Shown here one piece after another: positions 7,011-16,000 of a stretch of DNA of 46,420 bases. The notes under the pieces were generated by a model that was not told the DNA's origin, made no database searches, and was given only the letters and a program-made list of their open reading frames with translations. Location of the stretch: IMG/VR virus record IMGVR_UViG_3300005253_000023. The stretch is one strand, 5' to 3'. How positions within the stretch are numbered: position 1 is the first letter of the stretch; the number at the start of each line of letters is the position of its first letter. The stretch is from a virus. Made by a program: the position numbers and the translations under genes.

Positions 7011-7633
7011 TTTGACGTTTCGTTTACCACAAGTTCATCACTCGCTTCATCACCCCATGCTGTAACGATTAGATAATGTTTTTGGCCATCACAATATACA
7101 GGCTGTAAAACTACCGGGTCAGGAACTTGGATTTTTGAAAGTTTATTCTTTTTAATCTCCATGTTTTTAGTATTAAAGTCTTTAATAGGAGCGGCTATTT
7201 CTAAGGGTGCTTTACTGATATCCCCACTAAACATCGTAAATGTTGGTGATATTACGGGAAAATTAAAAGCACTAAAAATAGCAGTCCCTCGTTCTTCTAT
7301 TATTTCCACTGGCCTTACTGCTTGCGCTTTCTTCTCTTCATATTGCAAATAGTCCTTATGCGAAGCAATATTTGCCCCGCCCCATGCAATATTTTCATAC
7401 ACTAAATCTATATCCTCTATGGAGAAATTCTCAATTTCGTTTATGTTCTTTTCGGGAATATCGCCTTTGTAATTCTGGACGTTACCGTATATCAATCCAT
7501 CTGATTTTATTTCGGCCCTAACAATTTCTGATTGTGGGATAACTTTAATGGACTCCATCAATCTGTCAACTTCGGTATAAAATTCTGTGTGAATTTCTTG
7601 TACAAGTGTTGCTGTATCTTTTTGTGTGGTCAT
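7007..7633 (-). CDS. hypothetical protein
   Basis: Start set to the ATG at 7633 (MTTQKD), downstream of the box at 7654..7676. Confidence 0.65.
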   Translation of the reverse strand: MTTQKDTATLVQEIHTEFYTEVDRLMESIKVIPQSEIVRAEIKSDGLIYGNVQNYKGDIPEKNINEIENFSIEDIDLVYENIAWGGANIASHKDYLQYEEKKAQAVRPVEIIEERGTAIFSAFNFPVISPTFTMFSGDISKAPLEIAAPIKDFNTKNMEIKKNKLSKIQVPDPVVLQPVYCDGQKHYLIVTAWGDEASDELVVNETSN

Positions 7634-7653
7634 AATATATTTATTATACCCTA

Positions 7654-7676
7654 CGAAGTTACAAAATAACTTTGTA
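7654..7676 (-). promoter_or_regulatory. promoter/operator box: TACAAA-N5-TTTGTA + TAACTTCG
   Basis: The minus strand reads TACAAAGTTATTTTGTAACTTCG, 20 nt upstream of the ATG at 7633. Shares its palindrome with the divergent plus-strand promoter. Confidence 0.5.
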
Positions 7677-7700
7677 TTAAGCAAATGTTTCTTATCTTTG
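7671..7700 (+). promoter_or_regulatory. Bacteroidota-type promoter: TTTG-N18-TATCTTTG
   Basis: TTTG (7671..7674), an 18-nt spacer, then TATCTTTG (7693..7700), with the ATG 4 nt downstream at 7705. Confidence 0.55.
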
Positions 7701-7704
7701 TGGT

Positions 7705-8007
7705 ATGGATAGTATAAATTTTCATAAAGTCATCAATTGGCAAAGGGAAACGTTTAGACACGCAACCGCATTATCAAAGATTGCACATTTAAAACAGGAA
7801 TTGGAAGAACTTGAAGCCGATATAAAAGAAGATAAGGATAGTAGGCTTGAATTCGCAGATTGTTTTATTCTTTTATTTGGTGCTGCTGAATGTGAGGGAA
7901 TGACGTATTCAAGTATACAAATGTGTATTGAAAACAAAATGGAAATTAATTACAATAGAAAATGGGGCGATCCTGATGAAAACGGGGTTGTAAATCATAT
8001 CAAATAA
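7705..8007 (+). CDS. MazG-like nucleotide pyrophosphohydrolase domain protein
   Basis: KQELEELEADI...EFADCFILLFGAAE...IENKMEINYNRKW matches the small phage MazG/DUF550-type pattern. Confidence 0.5.
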   Translation: MDSINFHKVINWQRETFRHATALSKIAHLKQELEELEADIKEDKDSRLEFADCFILLFGAAECEGMTYSSIQMCIENKMEINYNRKWGDPDENGVVNHIK

Positions 8008-8015
8008 TATAAGCT

Positions 8016-8369
8016 ATGACCCACAAAAGCTACATGAAACAAACCATATTCAACCGCAACAAGTACGGGAATATTCGCCAAACTTATAACGGATATTCCT
8101 ATGACTCTAAATTAGAAGCTCAATATGCTGCGAACCTGGATTGGAGAATCAAAGCCGGGGAAGTTGAAAAGTGGGAACGTCAACATAAGATAAGCCTTGA
8201 TGTAAACGATGTACACATAGCCAATTATTTCATTGATTTTAAGGTTTATTTAACGGACGGATCAATAGAATATCATGAATGCAAAGGGCCGATAACTGAA
8301 GTTTGGCGGCTAAAGTTCAAACTAACCAAAGCCCTGTATCCTGATTGGGTGTTTAAAGTAATAAAATAG
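8016..8369 (+). CDS. DUF1064-family protein (resolvase-type nuclease candidate)
   Basis: YDSKLEAQYAANL...YFIDFKV...YHECKG...WRLKFKL pattern. Confidence 0.6.
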   Translation: MTHKSYMKQTIFNRNKYGNIRQTYNGYSYDSKLEAQYAANLDWRIKAGEVEKWERQHKISLDVNDVHIANYFIDFKVYLTDGSIEYHECKGPITEVWRLKFKLTKALYPDWVFKVIK

Positions 8370-8371
8370 AT

Positions 8372-8590
8372 ATGAGTAAATTCACTGAGAATATAGAGCT
8401 TGACGCTCGCATAGTATTTGCTGCAATGCGCGGTGGCATTGACGGAGTTATGGAATTCGCCTTTAACCATAGGCAACATTTTAAAACTGCGAACGATGCG
8501 GTTGAGAGGGCGAAGTGGCTTAAAACCCAATCGGAGGACTATATAACAAAGGTCAGCGAAAAGGCAGCTAAAATAGAACTGATGAAATGA
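8372..8590 (+). CDS. hypothetical protein
   Basis: 72-aa ORF with an ATGA overlap with the dam-like gene. Confidence 0.55.
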   Translation: MSKFTENIELDARIVFAAMRGGIDGVMEFAFNHRQHFKTANDAVERAKWLKTQSEDYITKVSEKAAKIELMK

Positions 8591-9021
8591 CTGAGAAACA
8601 AATGAATAAAGGATTATTCACAAGTAATTCTCAGGATTGGGAGACTCCACAAGATTTATTCAATTTATTAAACCAAGAATTTAATTTCACTTTAGATCCA
8701 TGCTGTACTATTGATACTGCCAAATGTGAAAAATTCTATACTCTAAAGGACAACGGATTAATCCAAGACTGGACCGGAGAAACAGTATTTTGCAATCCTC
8801 CCTATTCCCGTGAATTAAAACGATGGATTTATAAATGCTTTTGTGAATCTAAAAAGCTAAATACTACCGTTGTCATGTTAATTCCTGCAAGGACAGATAC
8901 TAAACATTTTCATGAATATATCTATGGCAAACATCAGATCAGATTCATTAAAGGAAGATTGAGATTTCAAGGTGCAAAATGGAATGCGCCTTTCCCTTCA
9001 ATGATAGTAGTAATGAAATAA
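8587..9021 (+). CDS. DNA N6-adenine methyltransferase (phage Dam family)
   Basis: WETPQDLF...FTLDPC...WTGETVFCNPPYS...VVMLIPARTDTKHFH...GRLRF. The NPPY catalytic motif is present. Confidence 0.8.
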   Translation: MTEKQMNKGLFTSNSQDWETPQDLFNLLNQEFNFTLDPCCTIDTAKCEKFYTLKDNGLIQDWTGETVFCNPPYSRELKRWIYKCFCESKKLNTTVVMLIPARTDTKHFHEYIYGKHQIRFIKGRLRFQGAKWNAPFPSMIVVMK

Positions 9022-9039
9022 TATAAAAGAAGTTTAGCC

Positions 9040-9237
9040 ATGACAGAAAAACAGATCAATAATTTCAAAAGCCGACTCACATCCAGGAAACTAATACTTT
9101 CCGTGTCCGTGCTTTGCGTGGCAACAACAGCCCTATTCTTAAAGTTTTCCACTTTTGGGGAATGGTCAACATTTACTATATTTATACTTGGGCTTTATAA
9201 GGCTGCAAACGTTATGGAATCAAAGGTGAATAAATAA
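9040..9237 (+). CDS. small two-TM membrane protein
   Basis: LILSVSVLCVATTALFL and FTIFILGLY hydrophobic segments. Confidence 0.5.
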   Translation: MTEKQINNFKSRLTSRKLILSVSVLCVATTALFLKFSTFGEWSTFTIFILGLYKAANVMESKVNK

Positions 9238-9575
9238 TGAAAAAAAAGAAAATTGACATTCCTATTTATGGTGGTGACTTGACAATATACCATTCTAAAA
9301 CTCTAAAATACGTAAGGAAAAAACACAAGCTTGTTTCTACGAATGGATTTGATGCAATTACATTCAGAACCTATGCAAAAAATGGCTATGCACGTTATTA
9401 TTTAGCTTTTAAAAAAGATGTAGATGCTGGGATTATTGCGCATGAAGCTTTACATATAGTATCTTTTATTTTTCAGGACTACAAAATAAAATTTCAATTA
9501 AAAAATGATGAACCTCAATGTTACTTATTAGAGTGGATTGTTAAACAAGTACATGAATTTATAGATGAAAAATAA
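9237..9575 (+). CDS. small HExxH putative zinc metallopeptidase
   Basis: IIAHEALHIV motif with a downstream NDEPQ glutamate. 112 aa. Confidence 0.5.
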   Translation: MKKKKIDIPIYGGDLTIYHSKTLKYVRKKHKLVSTNGFDAITFRTYAKNGYARYYLAFKKDVDAGIIAHEALHIVSFIFQDYKIKFQLKNDEPQCYLLEWIVKQVHEFIDEK

Positions 9576-9706
9576 AATAAAATTTCCTATTGTCAAGACT
9601 TACTCATCCGATCCTATCTTTAATACAAATTAGAATACTCTTGCACAATATCCCATAATAGATTTTAGCTTGTTGATCCTTAAGAAATGATTGTAAACAC
9701 AAAAAT

Positions 9707-9814
9707 ATGAACAACAACCATGAGTGCGCACACATTACTTTCCCGACCGGGAATGTGGCTGCTGGCGACCCTACAGACGTAAAAGTGTTTACGGAAGGGA
9801 AAGACAGGTTGTAG
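9707..9814 (+). CDS. small ORF (35 aa) in a locally GC-rich patch
   Basis: MNNNHECAHITFPTGNVAAGDPTDVKVFTEGKDRL. No recognisable family. Ends at the promoter box. Confidence 0.2.
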   Translation: MNNNHECAHITFPTGNVAAGDPTDVKVFTEGKDRL

Positions 9815-9816
9815 AT

Positions 9817-9839
9817 TACAACTAAATTTTGTATATTCG
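9817..9839 (+). promoter_or_regulatory. promoter/operator box on the plus strand: TACAAC-N5-TTTGTA + TATATTCG
   Basis: TACAACTAAATTTTGTATATTCG. Its 3' part matches the minus-strand copy at 33156..33178 (ATTTTGTATATTCGC). Confidence 0.45.
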
Positions 9840-9888
9840 CTGTGTTCTTTGCTATTAGTGAGGAATATTGTTATATTTAAATAAAATC

Positions 9889-9915
9889 AGCCCATCAAAA
9901 CCTGGTGGGCTTTTG
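9889..9915 (+). terminator. intrinsic terminator hairpin
   Basis: AGCCCA-tcaaaacctgg-TGGGCT followed by TTTTG. It lies between the 9817 box and the ATG at 9927. Confidence 0.55.
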
Positions 9916-9926
9916 TACTTTGTTAT

Positions 9927-10451
9927 GTGAGAATGAATACAAAAGAAATACAAGAATTATTATGTAAAGAAGAAGTTTTGAAAGGTAATTTGCCTTGTGA
10001 AAATGTCAGCAATATTTTCTATTGTAGTGAATCTGATGTTGTTTCAATATTGAAAAGTGGTTATACAGTAGAATATGAAGTAAAAATCAGCAGATCAGAT
10101 TTCAAGGCTGATGCGAAAAAATCTAAGTGGAAATTTTACAATGCAAAAGTTGAAAAAGGAATACCAAATTATTTTTATTATGCTTGTCCAGAAAATTTAA
10201 TTAATAAAAATGAAGTACCAAGTTTTGCAGGATTGATTTATGTATATGAGAATGGGTGTAAAATAATTAAAAAAGCATCAATATTACATCGTTATAAACA
10301 CGATTTAATAAAACTGCTTACAAAATTTTGCCGAGTGAAAAGCGAGAGAAAATATTTAGGCAGTTGCCTTTTAACTTATAAAAATAATAAAATTAAAGAA
10401 AGGAATACAATATTCGCTTTTAAAACGCCCGCACAGTATACCCCATTATAG
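9927..10451 (+). CDS. MmcB-like PD-(D/E)XK nuclease
   Basis: SESDVVSI...GYTVEYEVKISRSDFKADAKK...YFYYACPENL...FAGLIYV pattern. An alternative ATG lies at 9933. Confidence 0.55.
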   Translation: MRMNTKEIQELLCKEEVLKGNLPCENVSNIFYCSESDVVSILKSGYTVEYEVKISRSDFKADAKKSKWKFYNAKVEKGIPNYFYYACPENLINKNEVPSFAGLIYVYENGCKIIKKASILHRYKHDLIKLLTKFCRVKSERKYLGSCLLTYKNNKIKERNTIFAFKTPAQYTPL

Positions 10452-10878
10452 ACACCAACTTATTGATCTTAAAAAAGTACCTCAGAAAATGATTGTACTT
10501 TACGAATAATTCAGTTCTTAGCTTTATAAGCTCACCATCACCACGAATATACTGATATTCAAATGTCGCTGTTTTATATATCTCCAATTCAGTTAGCGCC
10601 TTTTGCATTAGCATAGCAAATTCCCTGTTTCCCGGGGTAACTATCAGTTCACTTGCATTCAATCCTATCAAATCCTTACGTTGTATTAAATCATGTGCCA
10701 TTTTATTAGCCCATAATATCTTGCACCGTCCTTTGCCGTTGGGAAAGGAATATTCAATAAGTGCAGGCCCGGGATAAGTGCCGAACATCTTCATGTGACC
10801 ATTCATGTGGATGTATCTGTAAAACCAAATCCAACCTACAGCTTGGCTGACTATGCCAATAATCATCACGGCACTCAT
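10420..10878 (-). CDS. membrane-anchored PAS-like domain protein
   Basis: N-terminal TM (VMIIGIVSQAVGWIWFY). KILWANKMAHDLIQRKDLIGLNASELI...FEYQYIRGDGELIKL resembles a PAS fold. TAATG coupling to the holin candidate. Confidence 0.5.
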   Translation of the reverse strand: MSAVMIIGIVSQAVGWIWFYRYIHMNGHMKMFGTYPGPALIEYSFPNGKGRCKILWANKMAHDLIQRKDLIGLNASELIVTPGNREFAMLMQKALTELEIYKTATFEYQYIRGDGELIKLRTELFVKYNHFLRYFFKINKLVSIMGYTVRAF

Positions 10879-11159
10879 TACTTTTTGTCTCTTTTTAGTT
10901 CTTCAATGATGTCCTTGTACATCTGTTCTTTATCCTCACGTTCCTTGCGTATGGTTTCGTCTTTTTTCTGGTTCTGTTTCCATAGAAACCAACCGATAAT
11001 AACAAAGGCTATAAGCGCCCCAAAAGGGCCAATTAAAAGTTCTACGATACCCTGAACATTTAGGGAATCAACTTGCTGAAGTCCCTGGACTGAATTATCA
11101 AGTACTGCGCCTCCTGCTACGGCTGCGCCAATCATAAATAGATTACTTAGTGTCTGCAT
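10878..11159 (-). CDS. holin candidate (2 TM, highly charged C-terminus)
   Basis: Start at the ATG at 11159 (MQTLSNLFMIGAAVAGGAV). Second TM LLIGPFGALIAFVIIGWFLW, then a K/E-rich tail. Confidence 0.5.
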   Translation of the reverse strand: MQTLSNLFMIGAAVAGGAVLDNSVQGLQQVDSLNVQGIVELLIGPFGALIAFVIIGWFLWKQNQKKDETIRKEREDKEQMYKDIIEELKRDKK

Positions 11160-11490
11160 TTTGTTTTTTATTAAGAAGGTAGAAAGTGAATATAAATCCA
11201 ATACTTAGGATCGTAATATTGGCGTAAGCTGATGTATAATCTGCTTTGTCAAATCCGAATAATCTATACGCTAAATTGAATATATTGTTATACAACAAAG
11301 CCCAAGCTGCCGCCTTCTGGACGATGCTTTTAGAGTACTTAATAAAGAAAATATCTGCAAGAATACTATAGCCCATGATCTCTGATAGATATGGGTATAA
11401 ATATGATGTATTAAACCCAAAGAACATTCCTGTAATTAGAATCAGAGTTATTGAAACCATTATAATAGGCGTATGTTCTATTTTTATCAT
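11143..11490 (-). CDS. multi-pass membrane protein
   Basis: 115 aa with 3-4 hydrophobic segments. Confidence 0.6.
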   Translation of the reverse strand: MIKIEHTPIIMVSITLILITGMFFGFNTSYLYPYLSEIMGYSILADIFFIKYSKSIVQKAAAWALLYNNIFNLAYRLFGFDKADYTSAYANITILSIGFIFTFYLLNKKQNADTK

Positions 11491-11723
11491 GGTATGGGTA
11501 TCCCACCTCCGCTTAGGGAACCGTCATAAATATTAGTGTCGTCTACATAAGTATCAAGATCATTGGCTTCATCAGTTGTTAATTCCTGAAATAACCATTG
11601 AAATCCAGATGTAGCCGAAAATGCTCTAACACCCGATCCCGATGTATCAATAAAAGAAGATAAATTATTATCAATTGTTGTCTTGCCTGTAGCGTTCCAA
11701 ACTATCTTATGTACTTCGCTCAT
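11487..11723 (-). CDS. hypothetical protein (tail-fibre region)
   Basis: 78-aa ORF with an ATGA overlap with the downstream gene. Confidence 0.6.
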   Translation of the reverse strand: MSEVHKIVWNATGKTTIDNNLSSFIDTSGSGVRAFSATSGFQWLFQELTTDEANDLDTYVDDTNIYDGSLSGGGIPIP

Positions 11724-11734
11724 TTTTGCTTTGC

Positions 11735-12691
11735 TTAAGTTAAATTTCGTTTTAATGGTACTTGTGACACATCATTCATTGTGATCTGGAACTTGCCGTC
11801 CTTATTCTCTTTAAAGAATATACCCTCATTGTAGTCAGCGAGTTTCAGTTCTTTTTCTCTATACCGTTCATTGGCAAAGATATTGAAATCTGTTATCAAT
11901 ACCGTATTAGCTATTAAATTATCATCTAATATTAAGTTACTTATGACGCTAGGAATATATTCAAGCTCCAATGTATATTGAAATCCTATCTTGTCCTGAA
12001 TCTGAAATAACCGTCTATCGGCTGTTTCACCCTGCTCTTGTTCTAATATTCGTTGTTTGTTCCACAATCGGCCACGAACACGTACACTTTGCACCCAATC
12101 CATACCCGAATAGTCAAAGCCCCCTGTAATCTGTCCACTTTGACTAGTTTCTATCTTAACTGTCTGATGTGCCAATTGTGGATTATCATCTACATTCCAG
12201 TTCATTAGCCTATACACTTGGCTGTCTTTTATAAAGGTTTGCCCTGCGATGGTCAAATTACCACGTATTACATATTTACCCGTACCTTCAGCAGCTTCAA
12301 TAAGCTCCCAATCTGCTAAAAAGCCAGCCTTAAGTGGATGCCCTGAGATTGTACCCTTAGCAAAGAATGTCCCCAAAGTGTTATCGGTAATTGTTGCCTG
12401 AACGACGTAATTCTGTTCATTGATTACAATTGTACCCGAATCATCTTGCTTTAATAATTGAATAACAACCGTATCGCCTGTTAATTGTAACTGATATAGG
12501 ACAGACGAAGTATCACTTGTCTCACAATTTTGTGAATCATTAGTGGCTACCAATGCAAGTTCTTCATAGCAACATCCAATATCACAATCACATAGCTTTT
12601 CGGGAATGTCAAAGCATACAAGCTCCACAGATCCGCCAAGTAAATCCTGGGTCATTGGTGTGCCGTTCGGTAATGTTGATTCTATAGTCAT
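11735..12691 (-). CDS. tail-associated structural protein (hypothetical)
   Basis: 318-aa ORF directly downstream of the fibre genes. Confidence 0.6.
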   Translation of the reverse strand: MTIESTLPNGTPMTQDLLGGSVELVCFDIPEKLCDCDIGCCYEELALVATNDSQNCETSDTSSVLYQLQLTGDTVVIQLLKQDDSGTIVINEQNYVVQATITDNTLGTFFAKGTISGHPLKAGFLADWELIEAAEGTGKYVIRGNLTIAGQTFIKDSQVYRLMNWNVDDNPQLAHQTVKIETSQSGQITGGFDYSGMDWVQSVRVRGRLWNKQRILEQEQGETADRRLFQIQDKIGFQYTLELEYIPSVISNLILDDNLIANTVLITDFNIFANERYREKELKLADYNEGIFFKENKDGKFQITMNDVSQVPLKRNLT

Positions 12692-13017
12692 TTAGGAAGC
12701 CATATTTGAAGTCCGTTATCTACTAAATTATCCAGCTCAGATGATAATATAGCAATATCTACGCTATCGTCAAAATCTTCCCAACCACGCGCATAACCCC
12801 AAAGCTGAAAATAGTCAAACTGAAAGGTAAATAATCCTTTGTTTATCAATCGTTTTTCGGGCTTGTACTTGTCAGGATCACCGCTTTGCTTGTACTTTTC
12901 AAAACCTGTTTTGTTATCATCCATATCAAAGGTTTCAAAATCAGTGCTACCATCATTTTTAACCTTAATACAAAGGCCCATTGTCTTATAATTTATTATG
13001 TCTGCGTTGGTTTTCAT
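12688..13017 (-). CDS. hypothetical protein
   Basis: 109-aa ORF with an ATGA overlap. Confidence 0.6.
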   Translation of the reverse strand: MKTNADIINYKTMGLCIKVKNDGSTDFETFDMDDNKTGFEKYKQSGDPDKYKPEKRLINKGLFTFQFDYFQLWGYARGWEDFDDSVDIAILSSELDNLVDNGLQIWLPK

Positions 13018-13018
13018 A

Positions 13019-16000
13019 TCAAAATGCTTTAGCCTCTACAAGCCCCGGTGTTGTGGACTTATCATCAGGGACAACCGTATCCACAACATTATCTACTGAA
13101 CCGTCTTTGGAATTTAGGTCTATAAATCTAAAATTATTATTTGTCTGATCTACTGCAATAATCTCAGTTGCTGATTTTATAAAGCTACCCAAATGAAGTT
13201 CACCAAACCTAACCACACTACCCGTACCATCAACATGGCCATCAATTCCTGCTGCTGCCTGGAATGGTGATTCTACCGTCCAGTTTGCCGCCGCCGGGAC
13301 TGATATATTATCGGGTGTGCATACCCTGAATATTTCATTAGAACCGAATAGAGTTGCCCTCTGCCCTATCCACAAGGTAGGATTATTGTTAGAATCTTCT
13401 TCCAATATCTCAAGCTCTTCATTTGCTTGGAAACGTGCTGTAGCACCATCACCGTCTATATTGCCTGAAGCAGCATTATCTCCCAGTATTACCGTTCCTG
13501 TCCATTGGTTTACAAAGTCGGCTACCGTAGCTATCGCATCTGTTTGCAGGTTTCCATTGTAAATATATCGTTCTATGTTTCCTCCCCTGTTTGCTATTCC
13601 TGAACCATCGCCCCTATTTTGCAAGTAAACCCTGCCTATAGAATCTGATACGCAAGTAGAAAGTCCCGAATGTCCCGGTAATGCATTAGTTAAAGTTCGC
13701 TTCCATATAGCACCATCAAACCACGCTACAGATAGCTCATTACCGAATGCTGCTGTTATCAGTACTGGCTTGCCGTTTTCCCTTCGCCCCTCTATAATGG
13801 CTATATCTGCATTAACACCGCCGCCCACACCCGTTATAATCACCGTTGCTGTCCATCCTACACCTGCATTTTTGACCATCTCAAATACCTGACCGGTATT
13901 AAAACGATGACAATAGATTACAGGCTGCCCGTTAATTACGTCTAACTGATCTACTGCCAGCCCTTGAGGTGCACCTATAATAGCGATTACCTCAGAATCA
14001 TTGATTTCCCTGAATGTATTATCAATAAATGTCATCACCCTGACTCTTGAATTGGACTGATCAGCAACAACAACGGTATTTTCAGAAGCTAACAATAATT
14101 TAGCATGGCCAGGCCCGAACCAACGAGAGCTTATATGGAAGATAGGCACATCAATAGTATCTAAATTACTTTCTACGTTTGTTGGATCAAGGAAGCTACC
14201 TGTCACTTTCCATGCAATAGCTACTTGAATAATTGAGTTGTAAGCATCATGCACATCGTTTTTATCATAAACTATGTTAGACGGTGGTATGTCCGTTACA
14301 TCGCCTGCAAAGGCATTTTGAATATCTGTTTTTAATGCGCCCGAAAGTCCAGATAAAACACCTTGTGAGAAATCAAATGTTCCTATTATATCGCCATTAT
14401 CTTCCGTAAATCGCCATAGCTCATCAAGCAAATTAATATCCGTTATGGCTGGATCATCACGACGAACGATTATTGTAGTGGTAGCAGTCGGATCATTACG
14501 ATAATCTGTTGCCCCTGTTGGATCGCTGGCTTGATCTGTAATGATCTCTGCTGCCAGACCGTCCGTATTGTCGGCTGTTATATCGTATACTGGCAGTGGT
14601 ATAAGTGTAGGCTCATTCCATGTCCTGTAACCCAAACGATAACAACGATCATCTTCTAACCTTGTATGATCTATCAGGCATTCAGTAACAAATGTTAGGT
14701 CATTAGCAGTAAAGCCTACGAATACTAAAAAGTCTTCACCGTCTTTAGGGATTAGCAAGTTATTAGGCGGTGGGTCACGGAATGTTGATAACTCCCAATT
14801 GTTAAATGTGCCGTCTATCTCCTGAATTCTGTGAGCAGCCGTTTGTGGTAGTGCCGGAATCGGTGCTATCCCCTTGGCCCATGTTGTCCTGTATAGGGTA
14901 TTTGCATCCCTTGAAATTCCTGCATCAATACCCACTCCAAACGAAATTGTTCCTGCTTCGTTAAATGTTTCTACTGTTGCCGTCCATCCCGGGTCTAGCG
15001 GTGGTGCTTCGTCCCTATTGAGTAAATTAATGGTGTTTGACTTGTGGCGGTAGGTAGTTACCGAATTTCCTTCTGTAATCCCGGCTTCTAAAAATATCCT
15101 TATCTCATAACCCTCTTTTAGTGAATAGCGGCTTATATTATTATTGAGTCCGTCATTCTCTTCAGCAGCATCGTAAAATACTGTATCTGCACCGTCAAGC
15201 GCAAGCCAGTCTTGCCAATTGGCTTTCCATGCTATTGTTCCTTCTATTGGTTGACGATTTGATACCCTTGCTTGACCCGTTAAAGTCACTTCATTGAACT
15301 GGTCATCTACATTTAAATTAAAGCCCCGTGTAGTATCTAAGGTTATCTGTTGCGTGGTAAATCCCCCGTCTTGCGTAAAAACAGAATTAAAAACGTAGAC
15401 AAAATTTTGAAGCTCAAAGAATTCTTCTGTCGTTGGGTTAAACGCTACTAATCTAAAGGTCATTGAATCCAACAGAGCATCAAGATCAAGGCTTAATTCA
15501 CCCGTAAATTTTGTTAATATCCCATCTTCAATCCATCCTTTATAATCTGTAAATCCCGCTGTTGTCTTTTCAAAAGTATGTGGATAATGTACAACTTCGG
15601 TATAAGCCCAAAGCCCGGGAATATCTGCATTAATCACATATTCGTCCCGATCTATCTCTACAATTTCTTCATCAGAGGTATCTACTGTCGTCGTTTGGTC
15701 TTCTACCGATACTGAGATGAGAAATTCAGCACCTTCTTCTATTAGTGCTTGTTGTGCCGTGGAATATTCAAGAATTACTTCTATCGCTACATTATTGGCA
15801 TCAATTAAAGAACTATTTAAATTTGTTATGATACCGCCAAAAGCTACCGCTGATCCTATCACAACGCTATGTGAGTCTGATAACCATATTTCATCATAAT
15901 TACCTGTTTGGTCGGTATACTCTGCATCCGTTGGCAGTTTGCTAACATAAAACACGTACCTCGTAGCTGCCGTTACCAATGTGCCATTATCGCTGGTAAG

